From the IMG/VR virus record IMGVR_UViG_3300037153_000398: a stretch of 64,000 bases of DNA; one strand, 5' to 3'. The stretch is from an uncultured virus (IMG/VR IMGVR_UViG_3300037153_000398) (taxonomy: Duplodnaviria; Heunggongvirae; Uroviricota; Caudoviricetes). The position numbers were made by a program, and so were the translations under genes. Position 1 is the stretch's first letter, and every line of letters starts with the position of its first letter. The notes beneath the pieces were generated by a model that saw only the letters and a program-made list of their open reading frames with translations, was not told the origin of the DNA and did not search any database. This document shows, in pieces, positions 8,731 to 18,472 of this stretch.

Positions 8731-9047
8731 GCTTTCCTCACGCGGATTTTGACGACACGGTACGGCGCGAGCTTGTCGCCGAGCCTCACGCGCACGTCGG
8801 TCGAAGCGAGCCGGTCGTTCATGTGCCAGATGTTCGCCTTCACGCAGTTTCGCGCGTCGGCCTCTGACCGGCCGGGATAGAAAACCGACATCAGCACTTC
8901 GCTGGTCACGCCGCGCGCGCCGCTGTGCTCGATCATGTCGAACATGTTGGCGAGATAGGGCGGGAAGCGAACGCCGTGGCGAATGAGCATCCGTTGGCCG
9001 CAGCACGGGCAGAAGCCGACCTTGTTGCGCGCGGCCAAGGTGCTCAC
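8727..9047 (-). CDS. winged-helix DNA-binding protein (OmpR-type effector-like) with N-terminal CPCCG
   Basis: GVTSEVLMSVFY...NCVKANIWHMNDRL. Confidence 0.65.
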   Translation of the reverse strand: MSTLAARNKVGFCPCCGQRMLIRHGVRFPPYLANMFDMIEHSGARGVTSEVLMSVFYPGRSEADARNCVKANIWHMNDRLASTDVRVRLGDKLAPYRVVKIRVRKA

Positions 9048-9061
9048 GACTCGGATTCCCT

Positions 9062-9451
9062 TTAGCCGTGCTGATCGCCCGCGAGCCCGCCGAGCGTTTC
9101 GTCACCTTGCTTGGCGCGGTCGAGCGCGGCTTGGCCGAGCGGCGTGTCGCCGAATTCGCCGAGCGCGGTCAGCATCAGCTCGTAGGCGGAAGCGTCGTCG
9201 GCTTCGAGGTCGGCGATGCGGCGCTCTTGCTTGCGTTCGTCGCGGTGCTTCGCCAGCACTTCGCGGAACGCCACCATGTTGATGCCGGCCTCTTTCGCGG
9301 TGGCGAGAATTTCCTTGATCTTGGCGCGCGGCCCCTTGCACCGCTGCATGTACTCGCCCTTCATCGACTGCAGCTCATCGTCGACATCGGCGATCTGGTC
9401 GAGGTAGCCGTTCAACTTGTCGGCGTCGTAGCCGTTGGTCTGCTTTGGCAT
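9062..9451 (-). CDS. GapR-like (DUF2312-related) nucleoid protein
   Basis: DKLNGYLDQIADVDDE...IKEILATAKEAGINMVAFREVL...YELMLTALG. Confidence 0.65.
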   Translation of the reverse strand: MPKQTNGYDADKLNGYLDQIADVDDELQSMKGEYMQRCKGPRAKIKEILATAKEAGINMVAFREVLAKHRDERKQERRIADLEADDASAYELMLTALGEFGDTPLGQAALDRAKQGDETLGGLAGDQHG

Positions 9452-9843
9452 GGTTGCGCGCTGTCCCTTGGTGGATGGCGCGCAGCGCCGGAAACGCCGA
9501 GCGCCGATTGAATTTTGCGGAGACGCGAAGTAAGCGCGCGTGATCGCGTTTCGTCAAATTGCCGAGCAAACAAGCCGACGCGCACAGGCAGATTTTTTCA
9601 TGTCGATGATTTTGCGGCAGAATTTTTTCAAATCGTATCGGGGGCTGATACGATTTCACGACTTCGCCACGATCCGCGTTTGCAAATTTAATTTTCGGCG
9701 AGATAGTACGCTGACAGAAGTTGGAGCGTCGTGGAGCAAATAAACCGCAATGCGACGATCCTGGGACACAAAGAGCGTGCGTGGGACAACTTGATACAGC
9801 CTGACACAGTCTGACACGCTCTGACAGCCGATTGGTAAGCGTG
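9452..9843. promoter_or_regulatory. divergent early control region without repressor gene
   Basis: AT-rich; IR AAATCGTATC-N7-GATACGATTT 9630-9656; 10-bp-phased (C/T)TGA(C/T)A repeats at 9791, 9801, 9811, 9821; repeated ATTTTGCGG and CAG(A)ATTTTTTCA. Confidence 0.65.
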
Positions 9844-10794
9844 ATGGTCGAGCGCGTGTTGCTCGACGATGATCGCGAGGCGTGGCTCGCGACTCGTCGC
9901 CGCTTCATCAACTCATCGGAGATGGCCACCGTCTGCGGCGAGGCCGGCTACGGCTCGCTCGCCGAGCTGTTCGCCGAGAAGAAGGGCCTGCGCGCGCCGA
10001 AGATCGACTCCGGTGTGCTGCGCCGTGGTCGGTGGGGCGAGAGCGCGGTGTTTCAAGCGCTCGCCGACACCTATCCCGAATGGAAGGTGCAGCGCGCCCG
10101 CATCCAATTCATCGATCATGAGCGCCGCATTGCCGCGACACCGGACGGCTTCGCCAGCGCGCCCGGCCGCCACGGCTTCGGCGTCGTCGAGGCCAAGGTG
10201 GTCGCCCGCGCAATCTTTCGCGCCAAGTGGCTCGACGATCCTGACGGCCCGCTCGACGGGCCGGCCACCGTGCCGACCAACTTCCGCATTCAGACGCTCA
10301 CGACGCGGATGCTCGCCGCCGAACAATGCCCGTGGGCCTGCGTCGCGGTGCTGATCAATTCCGAGTACGACTGGACGTTTCGTTTGTTTGATGTCGAGCC
10401 CGATCCGGTGCTCGAAGACCGCATGGTGTTCTGCGCCGATGCGTTCCTGAAAAACTATCTCGATCCGAACATCATGCCGCCGTTCGATCCTCAGAGAGAC
10501 GAAGAGCTGGTCAAGCACCTGTATCCGAAAGACGACGGCACCGAGATTGACCTGACAACCGACAACCGCGTGCTCGCGGCGGTCGAGGAATTCACCGAGA
10601 CAGGCGCGGCGGTCAATCGCCTGAAGGATCGCCACACCGAACTGAAAGTCGAGCTGACGGCGAAGCTCGGCGAACACACCTATGGCCGGCTGGCCGATGG
10701 CCGGCGTCTGTCTTGGAAGCAACAGCATCGCAAGGCGCACACGGTCGAAGCCGCCGACTTCCGCGTGCTGCGCATCTTGAAGTCGAGCGAGTGA
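9844..10794 (+). CDS. YqaJ-like / lambda-exonuclease-family recombination nuclease
   Basis: WLATRRRFINSSE, RRGRWGE, ATPDG, VEAK, Q motifs. Confidence 0.9.
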   Translation: MVERVLLDDDREAWLATRRRFINSSEMATVCGEAGYGSLAELFAEKKGLRAPKIDSGVLRRGRWGESAVFQALADTYPEWKVQRARIQFIDHERRIAATPDGFASAPGRHGFGVVEAKVVARAIFRAKWLDDPDGPLDGPATVPTNFRIQTLTTRMLAAEQCPWACVAVLINSEYDWTFRLFDVEPDPVLEDRMVFCADAFLKNYLDPNIMPPFDPQRDEELVKHLYPKDDGTEIDLTTDNRVLAAVEEFTETGAAVNRLKDRHTELKVELTAKLGEHTYGRLADGRRLSWKQQHRKAHTVEAADFRVLRILKSSE

Positions 10795-10799
10795 GGGCG

Positions 10800-11345
10800 A
10801 TGGAGATGGTCGAGATGATCGCCTTCGCCAACGAGCGCGTCGCCGCAGGTCGGTGGGTCACGGGCGGGCTCGCCGTGATCCAAATAAAGCGCGCCTTCGA
10901 CAAGATCGAACCGCGCGAGCGGCCGGCCGACGAGAAGACGTGGCGCGCGTTCGCCGACAAGCATCTCGCCTTCGGCTTCGCCGGGGCCGATGAGCTGATG
11001 ACGCGCTTCGATCCGTCCTACAAGGCCGGCACGCTGCGCTGCATCCGCTGCGGGGCGGCGGCCAAGGCCGGATGCGATTGCGGCGCGCGGTGCGTGCCGG
11101 TCGAGCCGTCCGAATGGGACGCGCCAGAGCCGGCCGCACCCACGGCCGAACAGACCGCGCCGACCGCCCTGGAACGGGCCACGGCCGCCGTCGCGGCCCA
11201 TCCGGAAATGAGCGACCGCGCAATCGCCAAGCTGACCGGCATCAGCCGCGAAACGGTGCGCCGCGCCCGCGCGGCGGCGGGTGACACATCGGGTGACACA
11301 TCGCCTGCCGATGAATCTGCGTCGGCCGAAAAGGCAACGCCATGA
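10800..11345 (+). CDS. hypothetical protein with Cys cluster and C-terminal HTH
   Basis: CIRCG..CDCG; HPEMSDRAIAKLTGISRETVRRAR. Confidence 0.7.
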   Translation: MEMVEMIAFANERVAAGRWVTGGLAVIQIKRAFDKIEPRERPADEKTWRAFADKHLAFGFAGADELMTRFDPSYKAGTLRCIRCGAAAKAGCDCGARCVPVEPSEWDAPEPAAPTAEQTAPTALERATAAVAAHPEMSDRAIAKLTGISRETVRRARAAAGDTSGDTSPADESASAEKATP

Positions 11346-11524
11346 GTGACTTAGCCGAACGCTGCCGGGAGCTGGCCGATTACGCCGTGCAGGACCGGCC
11401 GCGCCTTCGGGGCCGGGCCGGCGAGCTGGCGCGGAACATCGAGGACACCGTCGAGACGTGGCTGGCGGCGACGACCGACGCCATCCGCTCGGGCGGAACA
11501 ACCGCAACGGAGAAGAGCGAATGA
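11342..11524 (+). CDS. hypothetical protein
   Basis: ATGA coupling at both ends. Confidence 0.55.
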   Translation: MSDLAERCRELADYAVQDRPRLRGRAGELARNIEDTVETWLAATTDAIRSGGTTATEKSE

Positions 11525-12606
11525 GCGACGTTTCAGGCGACCACGACCGCGACATGGGCGACTTCGCCAACTCGGGCGCGCAACCGATGCAGCCGTCCCG
11601 GCCACCGCAGGGTCACGCCCTGGTCCGGCCGACGACCGGCGTCGCCGAGCGGATCATCGGCGCGCAGCACGTCGCGGTCACTCGCGACGAAGACAAGATA
11701 TTCACGAAGTTGGCCATCGTGGCGGCGCGCGCCGGCACCGATTGGTTTTACAGATACCCCGTTCGCAACAACCGCGAGAATCGCACCGACTGGATTGAAG
11801 GCCCGTCGATCAAGCTCGCCAACGACATCGCGCGCATCTTCGGCAACTGCGCCGTCGAAGTGCGCGAGTTGGATGTCGGCGATGCGTGGGTTTTCTATTC
11901 GCGCTTCACCGACATCGAAACCGGCTTCTCGATGGAGCGTGCCTACCGGCAGCGCAAGTCGCAAACGTCGATCAAGACGAAAGACTACGACCGGCAGCAG
12001 GACATCGCCTATCAGATCGGTCAGTCGAAGGCGATTCGCAACGTCGTCGTCAATTCGCTGCAAATCTATTCCGACTTCGCCTTCGAAGAGGCGCGCAATT
12101 CGCTGGTCGACAAGATCGGCAAGGACATCGGCGCGTGGCGCGCGCGCACTGTCGAGGGCTTGCTAAAGATGCCGGTTGAGCTGGCGCGCGCCGAGCGCAT
12201 CGTCGGCCGGCCGTCGAAGGATTGGCTCGCCACCGACATCGCGCAGATCATCGCGGTGATGAAGGCCGTTCACGACGGCATGGCCACCGTCGACGAAAGT
12301 TTTCCCGCCATCGAGCAACAAAAACCGGCAACAGCCGATGCCGGTGCTGCGCATGGCGGCAGCGGCGACGACGGCGGGCGGGCACAGGCCGGCACCGCTG
12401 CCGGGACCGCGTCGGCAGCGTCAGCCGAGCCCACCGCTGCCGACACCATCGAAGCCGCCTACGCGCGCGGCCAGCAAGCCAAGCAAGCCGGCCACTCGCC
12501 GAAGGCTGTGCCGGGCGCGTACCGCGATGTCACGCGGCTCGCGCTCGCGTGGCGCGCCGGCCATGACGGCTCGCCGATGCCGTCGTTCACCGGAGAACAG
12601 AAATGA
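11521..12606 (+). CDS. putative single-strand annealing protein (partner of YqaJ) with Rmf-like C-terminal motif
   Basis: IEGPSIKLANDIARIFGN...SKAIRNVV phage recombination family; position after exonuclease. Confidence 0.6.
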   Translation: MSDVSGDHDRDMGDFANSGAQPMQPSRPPQGHALVRPTTGVAERIIGAQHVAVTRDEDKIFTKLAIVAARAGTDWFYRYPVRNNRENRTDWIEGPSIKLANDIARIFGNCAVEVRELDVGDAWVFYSRFTDIETGFSMERAYRQRKSQTSIKTKDYDRQQDIAYQIGQSKAIRNVVVNSLQIYSDFAFEEARNSLVDKIGKDIGAWRARTVEGLLKMPVELARAERIVGRPSKDWLATDIAQIIAVMKAVHDGMATVDESFPAIEQQKPATADAGAAHGGSGDDGGRAQAGTAAGTASAASAEPTAADTIEAAYARGQQAKQAGHSPKAVPGAYRDVTRLALAWRAGHDGSPMPSFTGEQK

Positions 12607-13655
12607 CGGCGGTTGCGGCGGCGTCGAACGTCATCCCCATCGGCGACAACCGGCTCGAATACCTGAAGGGCCAGATTGTCGCCGGGCGCGAGCGTACCAT
12701 CGCGGGCGGCAGGGAATTCGTCGAAGGCACCCTGCAGATGGCCGAAGCGTTGCGCGAGGCCCGCGAAAAGTTCGACGCGGACGCCGACTTCGGCAAGTGG
12801 CTCGCGGACAACGGGCTCGATTTGCCGAAGGACGACCGCGCCGCGCTCATTGGCATGGCCGGCGACATCGCGCTGGCGCGCACCATCCTGACGGAGTCGA
12901 CCAGCCGATCCTGCCGGCTGATTTGGAGCAAGGAGCGGGACAGGTTTCGCAGCGTTGCGAAACCGCGCCAGCGCGCCGCCGATGTCGCGAAGCGCGACCG
13001 CGTCGTCGCCGAGCTGGAACGCGACCCCAAGCGAAGCAACCGCGCCGTCGCCGAAGCCGCCAAGTGCCACCACAAGTTTGTTGGAAGGGTACGCAAGCAG
13101 ATGCACGGCCAAACGAAAACCACGCCGCCACCCCGCGCTAGCAATCGCGTTGTCGGCAAAGGCTCGATTTCCGCCCTGATCCGCAAAGGCATTGCGCTGG
13201 ACGCCAACAACAACAGCAACGATGTCGCGAAGACGCTCGGCATCGGCGTGTTGTCGTATCGGCAGCTTCGCGACATCGTACTGCTTTCCGACCGCGACGA
13301 CTTGAGCCCCGACGACGCCGCAACGGTGCGCGAGGCTTTGCGCGAAGTGGAAGAGACGCGGCGGCCGGCCAAGGTGTATCAGCGCATCAAGCCGATAGTC
13401 GAGCGCGTGTGGAAACCGGGCTCGACACGCGCGCCGCCCCTGCGCAAAGCCACGCTGAAGCGGCGCGCTGACATCTTCGTCAACGCCATCGAATTCATCC
13501 ACGGCGCATGTGAGCGCGGCCCCGAGATTGAGATACCGCAGCATCTCGACGCGGCGCAGATCGCGCAGTCGTTGGAGCTGGTGAACCACGCCCATGCGGC
13601 GCTCCGTCAGCTCGCCAAACGCATCAAGAGGGAGAGCAAGGAGAGACGGTCATGA
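12603..13655 (+). CDS. DNA-binding protein (DUF3102-like N-terminus + HTH)
   Basis: DADFGKWLADNGL...DRAALI; PKRSNRAVAEAAKCHHKFVGRVR. Confidence 0.6.
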   Translation: MTAVAAASNVIPIGDNRLEYLKGQIVAGRERTIAGGREFVEGTLQMAEALREAREKFDADADFGKWLADNGLDLPKDDRAALIGMAGDIALARTILTESTSRSCRLIWSKERDRFRSVAKPRQRAADVAKRDRVVAELERDPKRSNRAVAEAAKCHHKFVGRVRKQMHGQTKTTPPPRASNRVVGKGSISALIRKGIALDANNNSNDVAKTLGIGVLSYRQLRDIVLLSDRDDLSPDDAATVREALREVEETRRPAKVYQRIKPIVERVWKPGSTRAPPLRKATLKRRADIFVNAIEFIHGACERGPEIEIPQHLDAAQIAQSLELVNHAHAALRQLAKRIKRESKERRS

Positions 13656-14458
13656 GTCACGGCCCGCTAGATCAATCGCGCTTCAAGCTGCAGTGGATTC
13701 AGGTCGACAAACTTCGCGTCGTCTGGCCCGACGCGCAGCGACCCTTCAAGGATTGGTGGGCGAAGGAGATAGCCGAAAACTTCGACCCCGATCAGTTCAC
13801 GCCGGTTCGCGTCATGCTGCCGAACGGCCACGGCATTTATCACATTTGCGACGGCCAGCATGAAGTCCGCGCCGCCGCGATGGCGTTGGGCCTCGATCAG
13901 CAAGTGCCCTGCATCGTTGCGCAGGAAAGCGACCCGGTAAAAGCCGCCGCGTTGTTCGACAACATCAACTCCAATCGGCAGCGCGTGAGCAACATCGAGG
14001 CTTTCAAGGTGCGCGTGACCCGGCGCAATCAGACCGAAGTCGCCATTGATCGGATCGTCCGACATTGCGGCTTCCACGTCGACGCCTCGAAGGCGGCCAA
14101 CGCCATCAGCGCCGTCAGCGCCCTCAATGTCGTGTACACGCAATACGGCGCGAAGGTGCTCGACCAGACGCTTACCGTCATTCGTGTCATCTGGCCCGAC
14201 GACACCACCGCCACCACCGGCAACATCTTGCGCGGCATCGGAATGCTTCTGGTCGAGCACGCCCATGCCGACATTGCGCGGCTTCAGAGCTGCATGACGG
14301 GCGTCTCGACGGCGACGCTCGTGCGCGAAGCCAAGACCGAGCGCGAGATGCAACATGTGAGCGTAGCCGCCGCTATCGGGCACATCATCGTGAGCCGTTA
14401 CAACAAAGGGCTGAAGCCGAACCAACAGCTCAAGCGCAAGGGCAAAGGCTCGAAATGA
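13652..14458 (+). CDS. ParB-like N-terminal domain protein (DUF6551-like)
   Basis: AQRPF...IAENFDPDQFTP...YHICDGQH...AAALFDNIN. Confidence 0.7.
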   Translation: MSHGPLDQSRFKLQWIQVDKLRVVWPDAQRPFKDWWAKEIAENFDPDQFTPVRVMLPNGHGIYHICDGQHEVRAAAMALGLDQQVPCIVAQESDPVKAAALFDNINSNRQRVSNIEAFKVRVTRRNQTEVAIDRIVRHCGFHVDASKAANAISAVSALNVVYTQYGAKVLDQTLTVIRVIWPDDTTATTGNILRGIGMLLVEHAHADIARLQSCMTGVSTATLVREAKTEREMQHVSVAAAIGHIIVSRYNKGLKPNQQLKRKGKGSK

Positions 14459-15105
14459 CGAAGAGCCGCGAAGCGCGCTTTATCGGCAGCGGCAATGCGT
14501 GGGTCGCGGAAGGCCGCTATCGCGGATGGAAGGCGACGTGTTGCGGATGCGGCGCGAGCAAGATCGTCACGTCGCACAGCGACCGCCCGCTGCCGCCGAG
14601 CATCATCGTCAAAAGATTCACGACGGCCGGATGGTACATCGGCAGGCGCGCCCAAGACGACATGTGCGGCGACTGCCGCCGCAAGCCGAAGCAACGGGCC
14701 AACGGCAAGCCGGCAAGCATGACAGCGGCCGAAGTCTTCGCGCAGATACCGTTGACGCCACGGCCGGGTCAAATGCCGCCCGAGTTTTTCGCGGTCTTCA
14801 GGTTGATGATCGACGCCCTGGACGCCGCAGACCGTGCGTTGCGTCGCAACGATCAGAAAGAAGCTATCGATGCGCTGCGCGCGATCTACAGCATCATCGG
14901 GCACGTCGCGCCACGGCCGAACAGCGAACCGAACGCAACGGCGACTTCCGAGTTGCCGATCACTACGGCGCAAAAGAAAAGCGCCGAGCCCGCGACCGCC
15001 GACGCCGAGACAGCCGACGACGATTACGACGGCGACTACGACAAATGGCTCGCCCGGCAGCACGAACAACAGCAGAAGGAAAAACAACCATGCACACCGA
15101 GTTGA
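14455..15105 (+). CDS. Zn-finger hypothetical protein
   Basis: CCGCG...GWYIG...CGDC. Confidence 0.65.
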   Translation: MTKSREARFIGSGNAWVAEGRYRGWKATCCGCGASKIVTSHSDRPLPPSIIVKRFTTAGWYIGRRAQDDMCGDCRRKPKQRANGKPASMTAAEVFAQIPLTPRPGQMPPEFFAVFRLMIDALDAADRALRRNDQKEAIDALRAIYSIIGHVAPRPNSEPNATATSELPITTAQKKSAEPATADAETADDDYDGDYDKWLARQHEQQQKEKQPCTPS

Positions 15106-15677
15106 TCAAGATTCCGCGCGACGAAGCCGCCGTGCTCGCGCGCAAGTATCAGGCGCACCGCGCCTACAGCGAGCCGATTGATTGGGAGATTCAGCGCGCC
15201 TACACGTTGCTCGCGTCCGGCAAGGTCATCATCCGGGCGCTCGAAAGCATCAAGCAAGCTGGCCTCGACAGTGAGCACCTTCCGAAGCTGGCGCTGATGC
15301 CGGCGACGGCGAAGACCTGCCATCTGCGCCGGCTGCGCGGCGGATCGATGGTGATGTCGCCGCGCCCCGACTTCCACTATGCGCGCAAGCATCAGCTCCG
15401 CTTCGGCGACGACACCTTCACCTTCCCGGCCGAGAGCTTCCCGACGAATTCGTGGGGGCGTACCGATCACGAAGCGCAGGTGCCGATCATCCCTGTGCAT
15501 CTGCGCCCGCGTCGCGGCCTCGAAAACTATCACGTCCTTTGGGAAGCCGAGTGGCATCCGGTGCCGCCGCGCGACCCGTATTTGCTGCGGCGGATCGGCA
15601 AGGCCGACCTGTGGGTTGTCGTCGCCCATTGGGACTTGACCGAAGTCGAGCGCGCCGCGCTTTCGACGCGCGTCTGA
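15090..15677 (+). CDS. conserved phage hypothetical protein
   Basis: AGGA RBS; YHVLWEAEW...DPYLLRRIG..LWVVVAHWDLTEVE. Confidence 0.75.
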   Translation: MHTELIKIPRDEAAVLARKYQAHRAYSEPIDWEIQRAYTLLASGKVIIRALESIKQAGLDSEHLPKLALMPATAKTCHLRRLRGGSMVMSPRPDFHYARKHQLRFGDDTFTFPAESFPTNSWGRTDHEAQVPIIPVHLRPRRGLENYHVLWEAEWHPVPPRDPYLLRRIGKADLWVVVAHWDLTEVERAALSTRV

Positions 15678-15700
15678 TCAAACAAACAGGGAGTGCGCCG

Positions 15701-15985
15701 ATGTCGTCGGACAGGCTTGCCGCGCTGATGCGTCGACCGCTCGAAGAGCGGCAGCGCGAATGCGAAGAGAAGATGCGCGCCGCGATGGATGAGCCAACCT
15801 ACAACAAGCTGGTCAGCGGCGTGAAGTGGGACCGCCTGAAATGGTCGCTGATGCCAGCAATTCTCGGTCGCGATCTTTTTGAGCTGTTCTGGTCGGTCTA
15901 CCGCGACACCGTCGAGGCCGAAGCGGAAAAGGCGCTCGCCGAATACGAGCGGATCAAGGCATCGCCGCGCGGCATGTTTGACTGA
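15701..15985 (+). CDS. hypothetical protein
   Basis: GGGAG RBS. Confidence 0.65.
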   Translation: MSSDRLAALMRRPLEERQRECEEKMRAAMDEPTYNKLVSGVKWDRLKWSLMPAILGRDLFELFWSVYRDTVEAEAEKALAEYERIKASPRGMFD

Positions 15986-15998
15986 TGGAGCTGCACCG

Positions 15999-16220
15999 AT
16001 GGGCGACCGCTGGATTGTCTCGGGTTACGCCTTTTTTGAGCACACGTCGCCGTCGAAGGCGATGAGCGAGGCGCAACGGCTCGCGGCGAAGGAAGGCAAG
16101 CCGTTCCGCGTCTACCGCGTGCGCGAGTCGATGACGGTGCCGGAAGGCGTCGGCGCTGGCCGCAAGAGCAAGCTCAAGGTCGCGCTGGCCGACCAAAGCA
16201 AGAGCGAGAGCAATGCCTGA
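15999..16220 (+). CDS. hypothetical protein
   Basis: GGAG RBS; FEHTSPSKAMSEAQRLA motif. Confidence 0.65.
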   Translation: MGDRWIVSGYAFFEHTSPSKAMSEAQRLAAKEGKPFRVYRVRESMTVPEGVGAGRKSKLKVALADQSKSESNA

Positions 16221-16797
16221 CGAAGCACCGCCGCGCCCGTTGTCGCGCCAGGAAACGCACGATCTTTCGATGATCATTAAGGATCGCGCGAAGGTCTTGA
16301 AGTCGCACGCCGCGCACCGGGCAGCGGAGTGCCAAGCCGATTTCGAGCGGAAGTTGGCGACGATCTACAAGTTCGATGATGACGCCGTTTGGCAGGAGGC
16401 CGCCGAGCACGCCGCCAAGGTGGTCGCGGAGTCGCAAGCCAAGATCGAACAACGATGCAATCAGCTCGGCATTCCGTCGCGGTTCGCGCCGCGCCTGGAA
16501 TTGTCGTGGCAAGGTCGCGGTGAAAACGCGCTGGCCTATCGCCGTGCCGAATTGACTCGCGTCGCCAAGGCGACCATCGCGGCCATGCAGCGGCGCGCCG
16601 AGACGCAGATTGAGCGGCAGAGTCTCGACCTGCGCACGCAAGTCGTCGGCATGGGCGTGCTCTCGCCGCAGGCCAAGCTGTTTCTGGAAAGCCTCGCCAG
16701 CATCGACGAAGCGATGGCCGAGCTGCGCTTCGAGGATGTCGAGCGCCGGCTTGAGGAAGAGAAACCGGCGCGCCGCCTGGGCGGCTACGGGCCATAG
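16213..16797 (+). CDS. conserved coiled-coil phage protein
   Basis: Helical; WQGRGENA motif. Confidence 0.7.
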   Translation: MPDEAPPRPLSRQETHDLSMIIKDRAKVLKSHAAHRAAECQADFERKLATIYKFDDDAVWQEAAEHAAKVVAESQAKIEQRCNQLGIPSRFAPRLELSWQGRGENALAYRRAELTRVAKATIAAMQRRAETQIERQSLDLRTQVVGMGVLSPQAKLFLESLASIDEAMAELRFEDVERRLEEEKPARRLGGYGP

Positions 16798-16809
16798 CGA
16801 GACGCCAAG

Positions 16810-17271
16810 ATGGACATTATCGGGAAACTCTTGCGCGACGCGCGGATCGACAAAGCCTTCCGGCTCGGCATCGCGATGGCGACCGGCCGGTCGCTCAAGA
16901 GCGTCGCGCTGACCGATGCACCGCTGAAAGGCCCCGCCATGAAGGTCTACTCCGGACGCCGCGACAAGGGCGGCGTGCCCATCGTGCGCGTCATGAAAGA
17001 CGGCGACGCCCACGCGCTGCGCCAGCGCCACGACATCGTGCAGCACGCGGTCGGATTCGATTGGGGCACGCTCGGCGAGGCGTCGGCGCAATTGTCGCTG
17101 GCGATCTTGGCCGACGCGCTCGGCGACGACCGCAAGGCCCTGCAGCTCTATTGGGGCTTCAACTGGAACGTCGTGGCGAAGCTCAAACCCAACGAGCCGT
17201 GGCGGCTGACCGAAACCGAAGTCAGACGCGCGGTGACGGACATCCTCAGTAATTCGTGGCCACACCCATGA
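16810..17271 (+). CDS. DUF6166-like protein
   Basis: HAVGFDWGTLGEASAQLSLAILADALGDD. Confidence 0.7.
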   Translation: MDIIGKLLRDARIDKAFRLGIAMATGRSLKSVALTDAPLKGPAMKVYSGRRDKGGVPIVRVMKDGDAHALRQRHDIVQHAVGFDWGTLGEASAQLSLAILADALGDDRKALQLYWGFNWNVVAKLKPNEPWRLTETEVRRAVTDILSNSWPHP

Positions 17272-17507
17272 ACGACCAAAAACTTGAACGCAAGGCGTAC
17301 AGCGTCCTCGAATTCTGTGACGCCTACCGCGTCAGCCGAAGCGAGCTTTACCGGATGTGGGATCGCGGCGAAGGCCCGAAGCGCAAACGGTTCGGCCGCA
17401 AAAAGTACATCATCCTGATCGCCGACGCCGAAGCCTGGGCCAAGAGCGAACAGGCGAAGAAAAAGCAGTCGAAGGACGACGGCGAAGAGTGCGGTGCGAC
17501 GACATGA
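17268..17507 (+). CDS. AlpA/excisionase-type HTH protein
   Basis: AYSVLEFCDAYRVSRSELYRMWDRGEGPK...AEAW. Confidence 0.8.
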   Translation: MNDQKLERKAYSVLEFCDAYRVSRSELYRMWDRGEGPKRKRFGRKKYIILIADAEAWAKSEQAKKKQSKDDGEECGATT

Positions 17508-17626
17508 AGACGCTGCTCTGCATCCTGTTGCATCGCCGCTCGTATTTCGAGATTGCCACGAAGGTCTGTGGCAAGTGGCATCGGCGAGGCTGGTGCGACA
17601 TCTGCCACCGGGAATGGGCGCGCTGA
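17504..17626 (+). CDS. small Cys/His-rich protein
   Basis: ATGA and TGATG coupling. Confidence 0.5.
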   Translation: MKTLLCILLHRRSYFEIATKVCGKWHRRGWCDICHREWAR

Positions 17627-17898
17627 TGGATCGCACCGTCTGGAAAGCCACGCTGCAGATGCGCGAGATACAGCAGATCGCCGTGCCGGCCGGCGCGCAT
17701 TTGCTCTGCGCGCGCGAGCAAGGCAACGACATCTGCGTCTGGTTTTTGTGCGATCCGGCCGCGCCTCACGAGTCACGAACCATCGCCATCGTCGGCACCG
17801 GATATTCCGCGCCATCTGAAAACGAAGCGCGCTACCTGGGCACCGCATCGTTCCGCGACGGCCAATTCATGTTTCACGTCTTCGAACGGCAGCAATGA
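17626..17898 (+). CDS. conserved small phage protein (DUF7352-like)
   Basis: VPAGAHLL...IAIVGTG...YLGT...FHVFE. Confidence 0.75.
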   Translation: MDRTVWKATLQMREIQQIAVPAGAHLLCAREQGNDICVWFLCDPAAPHESRTIAIVGTGYSAPSENEARYLGTASFRDGQFMFHVFERQQ

Positions 17899-18212
17899 GC
17901 ATCGACGTTGATCCGTCAGAGTTCGTCGAGTGGATGGCGCGCGGCAGCGTCGACAAGCGCGGCGTCGGCTTCGTCATCTGCGGAGACGTGTATCTTGCCG
18001 CTCGGATTCTCGACAAAGGCGTGCTCATGTTTGTGCTTCGTGGCGACGACGCATGGCTCGACGCTCTTGCCGTTGCTGCCGGCGATGCCTTTCAGGTGGC
18101 GCGTCCTCCTACGGCCGAGAGCATGGCGTCAACGATGCTGCAATGGTGGCCGGACGATCCGAGCGTACAGCGAACCGCGTTGTTGATCGCGCGGCATGGA
18201 AAGGGAAGCTGA
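17895..18212 (+). CDS. hypothetical protein
   Basis: Coupled. Confidence 0.6.
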   Translation: MSIDVDPSEFVEWMARGSVDKRGVGFVICGDVYLAARILDKGVLMFVLRGDDAWLDALAVAAGDAFQVARPPTAESMASTMLQWWPDDPSVQRTALLIARHGKGS

Positions 18213-18472
18213 TGAGTGTTCTGTACCTGCACGTCAAATACGAAGACTACAAAGCGGTCGAAGATCAGATGCGCGCGTTCGCCGAGACGACGCACAAGAC
18301 GACGGGCGGCTTTTATCACAAGGCCATCCGGCTGGCGATCACCGACGACTTGGTGCTGGAAATTCACGGCCCGCTGGTCGGCGGCGAGGGGCATCAGACG
18401 ACGACGCGCAAGCGCAGACGGCGCACGGCCAGCAAGCGGCGAAAGCAAAAGCATGGGCCTGTGCATCGATGA
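18212..18472 (+). CDS. hypothetical protein with basic tail
   Basis: TGATG coupling. Confidence 0.6.
   Translation: MSVLYLHVKYEDYKAVEDQMRAFAETTHKTTGGFYHKAIRLAITDDLVLEIHGPLVGGEGHQTTTRKRRRRTASKRRKQKHGPVHR

Noticed and set aside
9540..9743. Small ORF in the divergent region as a Cro/CI
   Set aside because: No HTH pattern, atypical codon usage, and it overlaps the operator-like repeats
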